Origin: Candidatus Eiseniibacteriota bacterium
GTDB lineage: Bacteria; Eisenbacteria; RBG-16-71-46
Assembly: GCA_963717505.1 (NCBI GenBank)
Contig: OY970342.1
Span: forward strand, 448,001-512,000
DNA length: 64,000 bases
Direction: 5' to 3'
Below are positions 46,161-56,987 of the stretch, piece after piece. A program made the translations under genes and the position numbers. How positions within the stretch are numbered: the stretch's first letter is position 1; each line of letters starts with the position of its first letter. The notes under the pieces are model-generated. The model saw only the letters and a program-made list of their open reading frames with translations, searched no databases and had not been told where the DNA came from.

Positions 46161-47153
46161 TCAGTATCCGCCCGCGGGGGAACGGTCGTCAACGGTCGAA
46201 TCACCCAATCCGGGGGGAGAAGCCCCCCTTGGCCCGACGGCTGCCATGCGGGCCAGGCCGTAGCGGAGCCCCTGGGTCGAGCAAATGAGGGCGGTGGAGG
46301 GGAATCGCTCGACCAGGGCATGAACGACGCGGCAGCCTGCGACCACGATGTCGGCCCGTCCTTCACCCATGGCGGGCCACAGGCGCCGCTCCCGATCGGT
46401 CGATTTCTCGATCTGCCCCATCAGGCCCGCGAGCCTGTCTCCGGTTATTCGCCAGCCCTCGAGGAGGCCGGGGTCGTAGGTGACCATTTGCCTGTCGAGC
46501 ATGGCGAGCACGGTGATCGTTCCCCCGACTCCGGCCAGCAACGGCGCTTCCAGCGGCATCAATGCACATTCATGCATAAGATGTTCGGCGACGTGCCGGT
46601 CCAGGCTTTCGATTTCCTCGGCCGCGGGTGGGTTGGTCGAGAGGAAGCGCTCGGTCAGGCTGACGGCGCCGAATGGCAGGCTGGCCCAGCGCCCGGGAAC
46701 TGTTCCCACCCCGCTGACCACCTCCGTGCTTCCGCCGCCAATATCGAAAACCAGGCAGGCGCTTCCGGCGCCCGGTCCCCCCAGCCCGGTGACGACCGCG
46801 TGATAGACGGTTCGAGCTTCCTCGTCGCCGGTGAGGATCCGAACCGGAACTCCGGCCCGATTCGAGATCAGCCGAGCGACGTCCGAGCCGTTGCGCGCAG
46901 AGCGCAGCGCCGCCGTGGCGCCCGCGAGAAGCCGCGTCGCCCCGAGGGAACGGGCCCGGCCGGCAAACTCGGTCGCGATCCGAGCCGCCCGCTCGGCCAG
47001 CTCGGGGAGAATCTCGCCGGTCCGGCCCAGATCCCGGGCCAGCCGGCAGGGCTCACCCGCTCGCGTCACGGTCGTGAGGGGCCCATCAGGAACGACGTCG
47101 GCGACCAGCAGCCGAACGGAATTCGAGCCGATATCAATTGCACCGACACGCAT
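46161..47153 (-). CDS. ppx: Ppx/GppA phosphatase
   Basis: AIDIGSNSVRL, ATAALR, GDEEA, DIGGGSTE, RADIVVAG, GLRYG. Confidence 0.92.
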   Translation of the reverse strand: MRVGAIDIGSNSVRLLVADVVPDGPLTTVTRAGEPCRLARDLGRTGEILPELAERAARIATEFAGRARSLGATRLLAGATAALRSARNGSDVARLISNRAGVPVRILTGDEEARTVYHAVVTGLGGPGAGSACLVFDIGGGSTEVVSGVGTVPGRWASLPFGAVSLTERFLSTNPPAAEEIESLDRHVAEHLMHECALMPLEAPLLAGVGGTITVLAMLDRQMVTYDPGLLEGWRITGDRLAGLMGQIEKSTDRERRLWPAMGEGRADIVVAGCRVVHALVERFPSTALICSTQGLRYGLARMAAVGPRGASPPGLGDSTVDDRSPAGGY

Positions 47154-47155
47154 AG

Positions 47156-47677
47156 TTAGAGGAGGTAGTCCTCGAGTTCTCCGGTTTTCCTGGGCCCTCT
47201 CAAGCGGACCGGTGCCTCGCCAGGGTCGGGAGCAGCCGGTGGAGCCAGATCGGCGGCAGGAACTTCAGGTGTGGGTGCTGACGAACGCAGCTTCCTCTTG
47301 AGGAGCATCGCCGGGGGCCGGGGCTCGGTCGGGACGTCCGAAGATCGGGCTTGAGTCTTCCGAGTCTGGGTCGATCGGGCCCCGGCCGCCTCGCGCGAGC
47401 CCGCTTCGCCCCCGAGCGCCCAGGAGACCAGGCTGGCAACCTGATCCCCCCCCGCGACCGAGAAGACCACGCGTTTTCCGTCCCGCCGGCGCTCGACCAC
47501 CCCAACCCGGGTCAGGGCCTGCAGGTGTCGAGTGGTACAGGACTGCGAGAGTCTGACTCGCCTGGCCAGATCGGTGACGCACAGCTCGCGACGCTGGAGT
47601 TCGACAAGGACCCGGAAACGTGATGGGTCTCCGACGCAGGCCATCAGGTCCCTGGCTCGATCCTGTCGATCTTCCAT
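47156..47677 (-). CDS. ArsR/SmtB-family transcriptional regulator
   Basis: GDPSRFRVL...ELCVTDLA...LSQSCTTRHLQAL...RRDGKRV; start approximate. Confidence 0.8.
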   Translation of the reverse strand: MEDRQDRARDLMACVGDPSRFRVLVELQRRELCVTDLARRVRLSQSCTTRHLQALTRVGVVERRRDGKRVVFSVAGGDQVASLVSWALGGEAGSREAAGARSTQTRKTQARSSDVPTEPRPPAMLLKRKLRSSAPTPEVPAADLAPPAAPDPGEAPVRLRGPRKTGELEDYLL

Positions 47678-47765
47678 TGCATGGACATGCATAACATCGG
47701 AACTCGTTGACTGCAAATGCCTGCGTTGATAGCGTCCGACGGCCGTCGAACCCTCGAGCCCACTC

Positions 47766-48824
47766 ATGGTGTCACGCAACACGGCCTTCGGGCCCCCTAG
47801 CTTCTACGGATTCAGCCGAGATCAGCTGGTAGAGCGCCTCGCCTCTCTGGGCCAGGCACCTTACCGCGCCGACCAGATTTTCTCCTGGGTCTACCTGCAT
47901 CATGAGCGAGACCCGGGTCGGATGACCAATCTGCCCCAGGCGCTGCGCAATCGGCTGCCCGAGGTGTGCGGCCTCGAGCCTGTCCGCGGCACCGAAATCC
48001 GCGGCACCCTCGACGGCTCGACCCACAAGTTCGTCCTGGCACTCGACGATGCCGCCCGGGTCGAATCGGTTTCGATGAGGACCGAGCGCAGGCTCACGTT
48101 CTGCCTCTCGAGCCAGGTCGGGTGCGCACTCAAGTGCTCGTTCTGTGCCACCGGCTTGATGGGGCTCAAGCGCAACCTGCGGCCCGACGAGATCGTGGCT
48201 CAGGTGGTGGCGATGGGCGACCATCACGACTGGCGCGATGACCGCTTCAATCTGGTCTTCATGGGCATGGGCGAGCCCCTCGCCAACTACGACGCCGTCC
48301 TGCACGCGATTCGCATCCTGAACGACCCGCGCGGTCTCAACGTCGGAATGCGGCGGGTCACGGTCTCGACCAGCGGACTCGTGCCGCAGATTCGCCGATT
48401 GGCGGAGGAAGGGCTCGCGCTCGGGCTCGCGGTGTCGCTGCACGCGACCACCGATTCCCTTCGGGACGAACTGGTGCCGGTCAATCGGCGCTGGCCGATC
48501 CGGGAGCTGCTCGATGCCGCCCGCGACTACGGTCGCACCGTCGGCCGGCGCGTCACGCTCGAGTACACCCTGATCGCCGGCGTCAACGATTCCGAGGCGG
48601 ATGCCGACCGACTGGCGGCGTTCGCGCGCGAGCTGCCGAGCAAGATCAACCTGATCCCCTACAATCCGGTGCCCGGCTTGTCCTGGCAACGACCCACGCC
48701 GGAATCGGTCCGCGCCTTCGCGGAACGTCTATACCCGCGGGCCCCCGCGGTCACGGTGCGCCACACGATGGGTGGAGAGATCTGGGCCGCGTGCGGACAA
48801 CTCGGCGGCCTGGGATCCGGTTGA
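47766..48824 (+). CDS. rlmN: Dual-specificity RNA methyltransferase (radical SAM)
   Basis: CLSSQVGCALKCSFCATG, FMGMGEP, SLHA, NLIPYN, AACGQL. Confidence 0.95.
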   Translation: MVSRNTAFGPPSFYGFSRDQLVERLASLGQAPYRADQIFSWVYLHHERDPGRMTNLPQALRNRLPEVCGLEPVRGTEIRGTLDGSTHKFVLALDDAARVESVSMRTERRLTFCLSSQVGCALKCSFCATGLMGLKRNLRPDEIVAQVVAMGDHHDWRDDRFNLVFMGMGEPLANYDAVLHAIRILNDPRGLNVGMRRVTVSTSGLVPQIRRLAEEGLALGLAVSLHATTDSLRDELVPVNRRWPIRELLDAARDYGRTVGRRVTLEYTLIAGVNDSEADADRLAAFARELPSKINLIPYNPVPGLSWQRPTPESVRAFAERLYPRAPAVTVRHTMGGEIWAACGQLGGLGSG

Positions 48825-48837
48825 GCCGCACCACCCG

Positions 48838-50385
48838 GTGACGCTCCGCACGCGGCTGTTCCTGTCCCTGCTGCTGCTGGCGCTGATTCCGACGGCCGCA
48901 TTCACGCTCTTCACCTGGGACCAGCTCAACCGATCGATCGCCCGCTGGCATCGCCCCGGAGTCGCGCGCGCGCTCGAAGCCGGGCTCGAAGTCGGCCGCT
49001 CGTCCATGGCGCGGCTCGAGGGGTCGTTGCGCGCCAGTGCTTCGACCTGGTCACGAACCTGGCCGCCGGCACCCTGGTCCGACGCGCAGAGAAGCACGCT
49101 GGCGGGAGCACTCAGTGGCGCCGGCGTCGACTTCGTCCAGGTCTACGGCCGCACTCCTGATGGAACGTGGCGGCAGATCGACCAGATCACGCCGCCGGAA
49201 GTGTTGCTGGCCGCACCGGTGGACCTCGCGACCGAGATCGACGCGGCGCTCGAGGAAGATCACACGATCCGATCGGGAACGATCGCGGGTGCGGATCGAA
49301 TGCCGTCGGGCGACGTCCTGATCGCGGCGATCCAGGTTTCACCCGACTTCTTCGGGCAACTCGAGTCGCTCGGACAAGGAGCCGTGTATTATCGCCAGCT
49401 CGGCGCCACGGTCGACCTGCAACGACGCTGGTACGCACTGCTGGTCGGCGCGATCGTGGTGGTCCTGGCAGTGGTCGCTCTGTTGTTGTCGCGCCTGCTG
49501 GCGCGCAGCACGGCGCAACCGATCTCGGAGTTGTCGTCGGCGTTCGATCGCGTGGCCGCCGGCGAGCTGTCGGCCCGGGTGAGGCCCGAAGGCGCTTCGG
49601 AGCTGGCGCGGCTCGGCATGGCATTCAACACGATGACCGGCAGGCTGGAAGCCGCACGCGCCTCCCTCCTGCTCGCGGAGCGCGAAGCGGCCTGGCGTGG
49701 CGTCGCACGCACGCTCGCTCACGAGTTCAAGAACATGATCACGCCGATGAAATTGAACCTGCAGCTGATCGAACACCGGGTCTCCGACATGCCGGGAGTC
49801 GAGGGCGACGCCTTTCGCCGCGAGCTGCGGAGCGTTGGTGTCGAAGTCGATCACCTCGCCCGGCTGTCGCAGCAGTTCGCGCAGTACGCGCGCCTGCCCG
49901 AACCGCGGCTCGAGCCACTCGATGCCGGCGAAGTCGCCGAGAATGCCGTGCGCGCCGACGTTTCGCTCGCGCCGCGCGTCGTAGTCCGTCGCGTGACCTC
50001 CCCGCGCGTTCAGGCCGACCGGCTGCTCCTGGGTCGCGCGATCCACAACCTGGTCCTGAACGCGGTCGAGGCCGACCCCTCGGGGCAACCGGTCGACCTC
50101 GAGGTCTCGACTACCGGCACCGACGCCGTGATCGAGATTCTCGACCGCGGGCCGGGGCTGCCTTCCGAGCTGGCCGGCCGCCTGTTCGAGCCCTACGTCA
50201 GCACCAAACGCCGGGGCAGCGGTCTCGGGCTTTCCCTGGTGCGCGACATCGCCCGCCAGCATGGCGGCAGCGCCGAGCTGTCGGATCGCGAAGGCGGCGG
50301 TGTCCGCGCGCGGCTGGTTCTGCCGCTCGCAGCCTCCGGCGCCGACGAAGTGAATCCTCGCGGCCCGGCCGCCGAAGTGTCATGA
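48838..50385 (+). CDS. HAMP-domain sensor histidine kinase (NtrY-like)
   Basis: TM helices, HAMP, AWRGVARTLAHEFKN, DRGPG, GSGLGL. Confidence 0.9.
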   Translation: MTLRTRLFLSLLLLALIPTAAFTLFTWDQLNRSIARWHRPGVARALEAGLEVGRSSMARLEGSLRASASTWSRTWPPAPWSDAQRSTLAGALSGAGVDFVQVYGRTPDGTWRQIDQITPPEVLLAAPVDLATEIDAALEEDHTIRSGTIAGADRMPSGDVLIAAIQVSPDFFGQLESLGQGAVYYRQLGATVDLQRRWYALLVGAIVVVLAVVALLLSRLLARSTAQPISELSSAFDRVAAGELSARVRPEGASELARLGMAFNTMTGRLEAARASLLLAEREAAWRGVARTLAHEFKNMITPMKLNLQLIEHRVSDMPGVEGDAFRRELRSVGVEVDHLARLSQQFAQYARLPEPRLEPLDAGEVAENAVRADVSLAPRVVVRRVTSPRVQADRLLLGRAIHNLVLNAVEADPSGQPVDLEVSTTGTDAVIEILDRGPGLPSELAGRLFEPYVSTKRRGSGLGLSLVRDIARQHGGSAELSDREGGGVRARLVLPLAASGADEVNPRGPAAEVS

Positions 50386-51731
50386 GCGCGCGCCCGAGTC
50401 TCGCGGTGTTGGTGGTCGACGACGATCCCGCGATCCGTGGCGCGCTGCGCGAGATTCTCGAGCATGCCGGCCATACCGTGACCGAAGCGGAAACCGGCGA
50501 ACGCGCCGTGGCGGCCCTCGAAACCGCCCGCGCCGACGTGGTGCTGCTCGACCTGGCCATGCCCGGAATGCACGGGCTCGAGGCCCTCGAACGCATTCGC
50601 GAGCGCGCCCCCGATACCGGCGTGATCGTGATCACCGGTGAAGCCACGCTGCGGCACGCGATCCAGGCGGGCCAACGCGGCGCGTTCGATTTCATCGAGA
50701 AGCCGCCGGACCGCGAGCATCTGCTGGGCGTGGTCGAGCAGGCGGCGCGGGTCACTCGGCTCAGGCGCGTCGAGCCGGCGCAGGCGGCAGCCGCTGACGG
50801 GCTCGGGATCGTCGGCAACAGCCCGGCCATGGCGGGAGTGGTGGAGCAAATCCGGAGAATCGCACCCTCGCAGGGTCGCGTGCTGATCACCGGCGAGAAC
50901 GGCTCCGGCAAGGAGCTGGTCGCGGAGGGAATCCACGCGTTGTCCAAGCGGGCGTCGGGACCATTCGTCAAACTCAACTGCGCCGCGATTCCGCGCGAGC
51001 TGCTGGAGAGCGAGTTGTTCGGATACGAGCGGGGCGCCTTCACGGGCGCGGTTCAGGCCAAGAAGGGACGCTTCGAACTGGCGCACGAGGGCACGCTGTT
51101 CCTCGACGAGATCGGGGATCTGGCCCTGGACGCACAGGCCAAGCTCCTGCGCGCGCTGGAAACCGGCGAACTCGAGCGGCTCGGTGGCACGCGCACGCTG
51201 ACCTTCGATGTCCGCGTGCTGGCGGCGACCAATCAGGACCTGCGCGAGCGCGTCGAAGCCGGCGATTTCCGCCAGGATCTCTTCTACCGGTTGAACGTGC
51301 TCCCGATTCACGTGCCGCCGCTGCGCGAGCACGCGGCCGACATCGTCCCGCTCGCCGAGCACTTCCTCGCGCGATTTTGCGAAGCCGAGGGCCGGCCACC
51401 GGTCCGGCTGGACCCGGAAGCCGCATCGTTGCTCCAGGAGTACGGCTGGCCGGGCAATGTCCGCGAGCTGCGCAATCTCATGGAACGTGCCGCGATCCTG
51501 GTGCGCGGTTCCTCGGTGACCGCCGGGGACTTGGCCCCGTGGTTGTCGGACAGCCCCGGCCGGCCCGACGCGACCGGACTGCGCGGCGAGATCGAGCGCC
51601 GCGAAGCCGAGGCCATCCGCCGGGCACTCGAAGGCGCCCACTGGAACGTGACCCAGGCCGCGGCCGGCCTCGGAATCGACCGTACCAACCTGCACCGCAA
51701 GATGCGGAAGTACGGGATCAGCCGCCATTGA
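50382..51731 (+). CDS. sigma54-dependent response regulator (NtrX-like)
   Basis: [39 protein letters not shown]; ATGA coupling to the kinase. Confidence 0.93.
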   Translation: MSARPSLAVLVVDDDPAIRGALREILEHAGHTVTEAETGERAVAALETARADVVLLDLAMPGMHGLEALERIRERAPDTGVIVITGEATLRHAIQAGQRGAFDFIEKPPDREHLLGVVEQAARVTRLRRVEPAQAAAADGLGIVGNSPAMAGVVEQIRRIAPSQGRVLITGENGSGKELVAEGIHALSKRASGPFVKLNCAAIPRELLESELFGYERGAFTGAVQAKKGRFELAHEGTLFLDEIGDLALDAQAKLLRALETGELERLGGTRTLTFDVRVLAATNQDLRERVEAGDFRQDLFYRLNVLPIHVPPLREHAADIVPLAEHFLARFCEAEGRPPVRLDPEAASLLQEYGWPGNVRELRNLMERAAILVRGSSVTAGDLAPWLSDSPGRPDATGLRGEIERREAEAIRRALEGAHWNVTQAAAGLGIDRTNLHRKMRKYGISRH

Positions 51732-51877
51732 GCGGAATCGCGACACCGCGTCGCGCAGTCGCCACGAACGCCACCTTCGCTGCGCTACGAACTGTGGTTC
51801 GCCCTCGCGGCATGCATCCGGGTCCGAGCCGCTGCCAGCGCTCGACGTCCAGCGGTCGCTCACGCGGGTCACAGCCC

Positions 51878-51893
51878 TGGAACGACCGTTGCG
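51878..51893 (+). promoter_or_regulatory. sigma54 promoter
   Basis: TGGAACGACCGTTGCG (GG-N10-GC) upstream of the 51979 gene. Confidence 0.6.
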
Positions 51894-51978
51894 AGGTCAG
51901 CATCCCGCGATCATGCTGCGCGCTTCCGCTGCGGAGCCGCGCGGTGCCGGCTGACCCCCGAATCGGAGCCCTCGCCCC

Positions 51979-53274
51979 GTGACCCAGACCCGATCCCCGT
52001 CGACGACGCGCCGGTGGTGCGCGCTCGCTGCGTTCCTGTTGGCTGCGAGCCTTCGCGCCCTGCCCGCCGTGGCGTTCGAAACCGACACGCTGGTGTTCCG
52101 CCCGGCCGCCGAGGACTCGCTCGCGTTCTCGTTCGAGGAGTTTCATGCCCCGGGTGCTTCGCCACCGCCGCGCACGCCCTATGGCGAGAACCTGTTGACC
52201 GACCCGCGCGCCTGGCGGGATCAGGACCGATTCGGACGGCTGGATCTGCTGGGGGACTACAACCGGGTCGACCGCCTCCGGCTCGGCGTCCAGTGGGAGC
52301 TGCAGCAGCCCGAAACCAATCTGCCGCGCGTCGCCGGCCGGATCGAGTATCCGTTCGACCGCGGGCGGTGGCTCTACGGCGTCCAGGTCGAACAGCCGTT
52401 CGGCCCGGGGCAGCAGGCGGCGGTCGGCGCGTCGATGGACCGGCGCACGGACCACAATGAGCTCCAGCAAGTGCCGGACTTCGAGAACAGCCTGGCCTTG
52501 CTGTTCGTCCGCGACGACTTCCGCGACTATTTCGAGCGCGAGGGCGTCGGCGCCTATGTCGCCGCGCGGATACCGCATCTCACCCGCGCGAGCTTTCACG
52601 TCCGGAGCGACGCGTACTCCAGCCTGCCACTCAATGCCGGCACCCGCTCCTGGTTCAACCGCGATCGACCGCTGCGCGACAATCCCGCGATCGACGATGG
52701 CAGTGCCTACACGCTCCAGCTCCGTTTCGAGCGGCAGAGTCATGCCGATCGCCATCCGCACGGCGTCGATCACTGGATCGTGATCGAGCGCGGCGGCATG
52801 GGCCTGGGCGGTGATTTCGATTACGTGCGCGCCTTCGCCGACTTTCGCAGCATCGTCCGGTTGTCCCCCGCCTCGACGCTCCTGCTGCGGGGCGTGGCCG
52901 GGCACGGGGCGAGCGGTGACCTGCCGGCGCAACGTGAATTCCTGGTCGGCGGAGTCGACGGCCTGCGTGCCCACCCCATGGCTGCTTTTCGCGGCAATCA
53001 GATGGTACTGGCGCAAGCCGAGTACATCGTCGGACTATGGCGGCTGCGGTCGCCGTACTTCGATGGCGGGCTTCACCTGATCGCGTTCGTGGACGTGGGC
53101 CGGGCTTGGGATTCACCGGAGCACCATTGGGACGTCGCCAGTCAGCGGATCGAGACGGATGGCGGGTTCGGCTTCGGCTCGTCGGAGGAGACCCTGCGTC
53201 TGACTTTTGCCAAGAATCTGCGCGAACCCGATTCGGATTTCGTCGTGAGTCTGAGACTTCAGCGTCCGTTCTGA
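51979..53274 (+). CDS. Omp85/BamA-like outer-membrane barrel without obvious POTRA domains
   Basis: Signal peptide, FLVGGVDGLRAH (YLGG..LRGY-like), FVDVGRAW, C-terminal F. Confidence 0.75.
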   Translation: MTQTRSPSTTRRWCALAAFLLAASLRALPAVAFETDTLVFRPAAEDSLAFSFEEFHAPGASPPPRTPYGENLLTDPRAWRDQDRFGRLDLLGDYNRVDRLRLGVQWELQQPETNLPRVAGRIEYPFDRGRWLYGVQVEQPFGPGQQAAVGASMDRRTDHNELQQVPDFENSLALLFVRDDFRDYFEREGVGAYVAARIPHLTRASFHVRSDAYSSLPLNAGTRSWFNRDRPLRDNPAIDDGSAYTLQLRFERQSHADRHPHGVDHWIVIERGGMGLGGDFDYVRAFADFRSIVRLSPASTLLLRGVAGHGASGDLPAQREFLVGGVDGLRAHPMAAFRGNQMVLAQAEYIVGLWRLRSPYFDGGLHLIAFVDVGRAWDSPEHHWDVASQRIETDGGFGFGSSEETLRLTFAKNLREPDSDFVVSLRLQRPF

Positions 53275-53285
53275 CCCCGGCGCCC

Positions 53286-53996
53286 GTGGCCCCGTCGCTC
53301 CCGTCCGGTCCGGAGGGTTTCCGCGTTCGCGCCCTCGTACGCGCGGCGGGGTCGGCCTTCCTGCTGCTCGCGCTCGCCGGGGTCGCTGAAGCGTTCGAGG
53401 TCTCCCTGCAGCGGGTCTACGCGGAGGCGGGCGTCCTGCGCACCGATCTCCGGCTCCGGGACGTGTTCGACGAGCGCATCGAAGCCAGTCTGGCTCGCGG
53501 CATGCCGGCGACACTGTTGATCCATGCCGAGCTGTGGCGGAGCCGGACCGCGTGGTTCGACCGTCTGGTGTCGAACGCAGACGTATCGATCAAGGTGCGC
53601 TTCGAGGCGCTGCGGGGACGCTATCGCATCCAGAGGTCGGGGCTGCCGGATCTCGGCTTCGATTCGATGGACTCGGTGCGGACCATGCTCTCGCGCGCGA
53701 TTCCGATGCCGGTCGGGCGAATGGAAGTGGTCAAGCTCTCGGCGCGCCACTACATGATGATCTCGGTGACGCTGCAGCCGATGACCGTCGAGGATCTGCG
53801 CGAGGGCGAGGAGTGGCTGTCGGGCGAAGTCGAAGCCGGGCGCGATGCCGGATTCGGAATCCTGGCGAGCCTGCCCCGCTCGGTGTTCGACGCGTTGCGG
53901 GACTACGCCGGGCTCGGCGATCGGCGCGCGCGCGTCGTCTCGCCCGACTTCGTACCCGAATCGCTGCCGGTCGACTGGCCTACGGAGTCCAGATGA
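53286..53996 (+). CDS. DUF4390-like exported protein
   Basis: Signal peptide; SLARGMPATL...ELWRSRTAWFD; near an NtrY/X-like pair. Confidence 0.7.
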   Translation: MAPSLPSGPEGFRVRALVRAAGSAFLLLALAGVAEAFEVSLQRVYAEAGVLRTDLRLRDVFDERIEASLARGMPATLLIHAELWRSRTAWFDRLVSNADVSIKVRFEALRGRYRIQRSGLPDLGFDSMDSVRTMLSRAIPMPVGRMEVVKLSARHYMMISVTLQPMTVEDLREGEEWLSGEVEAGRDAGFGILASLPRSVFDALRDYAGLGDRRARVVSPDFVPESLPVDWPTESR

Positions 53997-54963
53997 AACG
54001 CGCGCCGCGGGCTCCCGGTGAGCGCGGGCGCGCGAACATCACCTGGGGGCCCGTCGATCCCGCGATCGATCGCGCGTCTGCGAACCACTCGACCACGCCG
54101 CCCGAACTTCGCGGCTCGACGGTCATCAAACGGCGGCCCTGAGCGTCGAATAGATCGAGCGGAACGAACGGTCCACCGGTCCGTCGGAACCGAATCGGGC
54201 CGCGTGCGGGATTGGGCGACACCTCGAGTCCGGCGGCGACGCTCGGGCCCGCGAGTTCGGCGAGAAACGAACGCAGGCCGGAAACGCTCCTCGGCGGGGT
54301 CAGGGCAGCGTTCTCGATGCCGCCCGAGCCGACCGCGAGGGCGCCGCCGAACAGCACCCGAAAGTCCTCGGCGAAGATCTCGTGCGGCCGGTCCTGGTGT
54401 TGGGCGTTCGCATGGTAGAGACCTTCATCTGCGATGCCGCGCAACGCGCGGTAGGCGGCCCAGCGTTCGACGTCGTGGTCCGGCATGACCGTGTACTGGA
54501 CGATGTGTCCCAGTTCGTGGGCGACCTCGGCGTGCTGGTGCTCGCGGCTCAAAGGCTGAACGCCGGGCGAAAGCAGGATCAGTCCGGGACCGGCGGCCGA
54601 GCTCAGGGCGCCCCGGCGCGGGTAGGGCAGGATGTAGATGTCGACTTCGATGCTCGCGAGCGGAAAGTCCAGCTCGCGAATCGCGGCGTCGACTTCATGC
54701 GCCTCGAACGGATGGAACGCGCCGTCACCGGGATTGGCGATCGCGGGATCGAGCACCGAAGTGATCAGCTCGAAGCGCTGGCCGCCGGGCAGCGTGAACC
54801 ACAGCGTGCCGTCCTGGTCGCGGGTGCAGTGACTGCCGAGCACGGTCGCCGCGTCGCGCACCACGAGACCACGGGCCGGGGACGAGCGTTCCAGCTCATC
54901 GGCCGCGGACGGAAGGGCAAGAGCCCCAAGCAGCAGGACCGGAAGGAGGACGCGGGTGCACAT
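53980..54963 (-). CDS. Secreted zincin-like metalloprotein with T9SS/FlgD-like C-terminal domain
   Basis: AHELGH (HExxH), EIFAEDF, VSPNPARG...LFDAQGRRL. Confidence 0.75.
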   Translation of the reverse strand: MCTRVLLPVLLLGALALPSAADELERSSPARGLVVRDAATVLGSHCTRDQDGTLWFTLPGGQRFELITSVLDPAIANPGDGAFHPFEAHEVDAAIRELDFPLASIEVDIYILPYPRRGALSSAAGPGLILLSPGVQPLSREHQHAEVAHELGHIVQYTVMPDHDVERWAAYRALRGIADEGLYHANAQHQDRPHEIFAEDFRVLFGGALAVGSGGIENAALTPPRSVSGLRSFLAELAGPSVAAGLEVSPNPARGPIRFRRTGGPFVPLDLFDAQGRRLMTVEPRSSGGVVEWFADARSIAGSTGPQVMFARPRSPGARGARFIWTP

Positions 54964-55148
54964 GTCCCCACGTCATTTGCCACATCCATGCCCCGGAGCC
55001 ACCCGTTGTCAGCGTTGGGCACAACTCGGCAGCGGGTTGCGCGACAGCGGCTTACCGTGTGGGCGCGGCGACCCGGACGCGTTCGCGAACCGGCGGCCGG
55101 CAGAATCCGGGGGGAAAGTTCCCAGGCGGGGCTCCGGGCCCCGCCGGT

Positions 55149-56348
55149 TCACCCAGCGACGGTCGGCGAGGCCGGAACCTGCGGACCGGCGCCCAGGGTC
55201 GACCCGGACATCGCCGGCTCGGGCACTGCCCGTGGTCCGGCGCCAAAGCGCGACAGCAACACCGCGCCGATTCCCACCGTCGAGAGTCCGACCACGAACA
55301 GCATGCCGAGCAGGGTGAAGAACAGCGCGGCGGTGCGCGACAACCCCGGCGGGCCCGCGAGCACGGCGGCCAGCACGAAGAATCCGGCGACGAACAAGGT
55401 TCCTGCCGCCAGCGCGCCGTAGGGATTCACGGCGTTCAGCGGCCGCCGGAGCAGGCGCGCGCCGATCACCTGGGTGCACGCGAGCTGGCCGCCCCACAGC
55501 GCGAGCTTGTAGGCCAGCGGCAGCAGGATCGCGAATGGGATCCCGACCACGGTGATCAGTAGAAGCACGATCAGGATCACGACCATGGGCGCCGAGGCGA
55601 TCCCCATCAACAGCGAGGCCCCGGTACGCTGCACTGCGGTCTGGCTGACCCTCTGCATCCGCTCCGGTGCGATCAGGAGCAGGAGACTGCCGAACAGCAT
55701 GGACACCAGCCAGCAGGTGAACACGATCGCGAGCAGCATGGGCAGCGCCGGCATCGACGGCGCCCACGACAGAATGCCGAGCGAAACGCTCTCGCCGCGC
55801 ACATCGGCTCCGGACTGATGGTCGAGCGCCCCGCCGATCGCGACCACGTCACCATCCACGACCGCGGTCGGCTTCAGGATCACCGAACCGAAGACCGCGA
55901 CCACATCGCCGTCGACCTGCCCCTCGACCTCTACCGAACCGAACACGGCGACCACGTCGCCTTCGATTCGTTCGTCGGGTCCGACTTCGGCGTCGGCGAA
56001 CACGCGCACCAGCCCCTCGTCGTCATCGTCGACGATGATCATCGGGCCGCGGATGTCGACGCGATTGCGGCGACCCGTGCCGTCGTCTTCGTCTTCGTCA
56101 CTGCGGATCTGGATGGTACCGCCGCCCACATCGACCTTGACGTCTTCGTCCTTCGTCGTCGACCGAATTCGAATGCCGCCGACGTCGACTTGGGTGGTCT
56201 CGGGGCGAGACGAGGACTTGGACTTGGACTTGGACTGGGCCTGGGACTGGGCCTGGGCGTCGAGTCCGCCCGCCACCATCAGGGTCAGGACCAGGACGGC
56301 GCCGAAGCAGCGCGCGGCCCTGCGCAACGTCGTCTCGAACCGGTGCAT
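55149..56348 (-). CDS. Membrane protein with bactofilin-like beta-helix
   Basis: Repeats of GDVVAVFGSV/GDVVAIGG followed by several TM helices. Confidence 0.8.
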   Translation of the reverse strand: MHRFETTLRRAARCFGAVLVLTLMVAGGLDAQAQSQAQSKSKSKSSSRPETTQVDVGGIRIRSTTKDEDVKVDVGGGTIQIRSDEDEDDGTGRRNRVDIRGPMIIVDDDDEGLVRVFADAEVGPDERIEGDVVAVFGSVEVEGQVDGDVVAVFGSVILKPTAVVDGDVVAIGGALDHQSGADVRGESVSLGILSWAPSMPALPMLLAIVFTCWLVSMLFGSLLLLIAPERMQRVSQTAVQRTGASLLMGIASAPMVVILIVLLLITVVGIPFAILLPLAYKLALWGGQLACTQVIGARLLRRPLNAVNPYGALAAGTLFVAGFFVLAAVLAGPPGLSRTAALFFTLLGMLFVVGLSTVGIGAVLLSRFGAGPRAVPEPAMSGSTLGAGPQVPASPTVAG

Positions 56349-56987
56349 TCAGACCCCCAGGACGCCGAGCGGATCCACCCGGCGGGACGAGCCCCGCTCG
56401 CGCCGATGAATCAGGGCGAGCAGGAGCATGCTGATGAACAGGGCGGCCGACGTGGCGCCAAGGACCGTCGGCTCGGTGAGCACGATGCCGAGTGCCCGAG
56501 GCACGGCGGCGAGGCTTTGCGACATGCCGAGCACGTCGCCCCAGCCGTTGGCGATCCCGAGCGTGATCGCGCCCAGCAGGCTGAATACCGCGGTGACACC
56601 CTGGACCATGAACCACGACGCCCCGGACGAAACCCGCTCCCAGGTCGCCATGGTCCCGGGCAGAGCCAGGACCACCGCGATCGCCGCGACGCTGGCGGCG
56701 AGTGAGCCGGCGTAGGTCCAGCCGAATGCGCGCACCCAATGGCGCCGCGCGGGCACGACGGCAGCGAGAATCCGGCGCGCCAAAGCCGGCCCCGGATCGA
56801 TCAGAGGCGTGGCATCCAGCTCCGCGAACACGCGGACGAACGCCTGGTACTCGCGATCGCAGGTGGCGCACGCGTCGAGGTGTTCGCGAAACGCGAGCGC
56901 GGCCGGCTCGGCGAGCAGACCATCGAGGTAGTCGTGGATACGCTCGAGCTGAGGACAATGCGGAGTGAGTTCGCGCTCGAGGGTCAT
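56349..56987 (-). CDS. Anti-sigma factor with zf-HC2 (ZAS) domain
   Basis: DYLDGLL...HLDACATC, TM helices; ATGA-coupled to the ECF sigma. Confidence 0.88.
   Translation of the reverse strand: MTLERELTPHCPQLERIHDYLDGLLAEPAALAFREHLDACATCDREYQAFVRVFAELDATPLIDPGPALARRILAAVVPARRHWVRAFGWTYAGSLAASVAAIAVVLALPGTMATWERVSSGASWFMVQGVTAVFSLLGAITLGIANGWGDVLGMSQSLAAVPRALGIVLTEPTVLGATSAALFISMLLLALIHRRERGSSRRVDPLGVLGV

Noticed and set aside
56215-56256. Hexamer tandem repeat (GACTTG/GACTGG/GCCTGG)
   Set aside because: Encodes a low-complexity QAQSQAQSKSKSK linker; not an array
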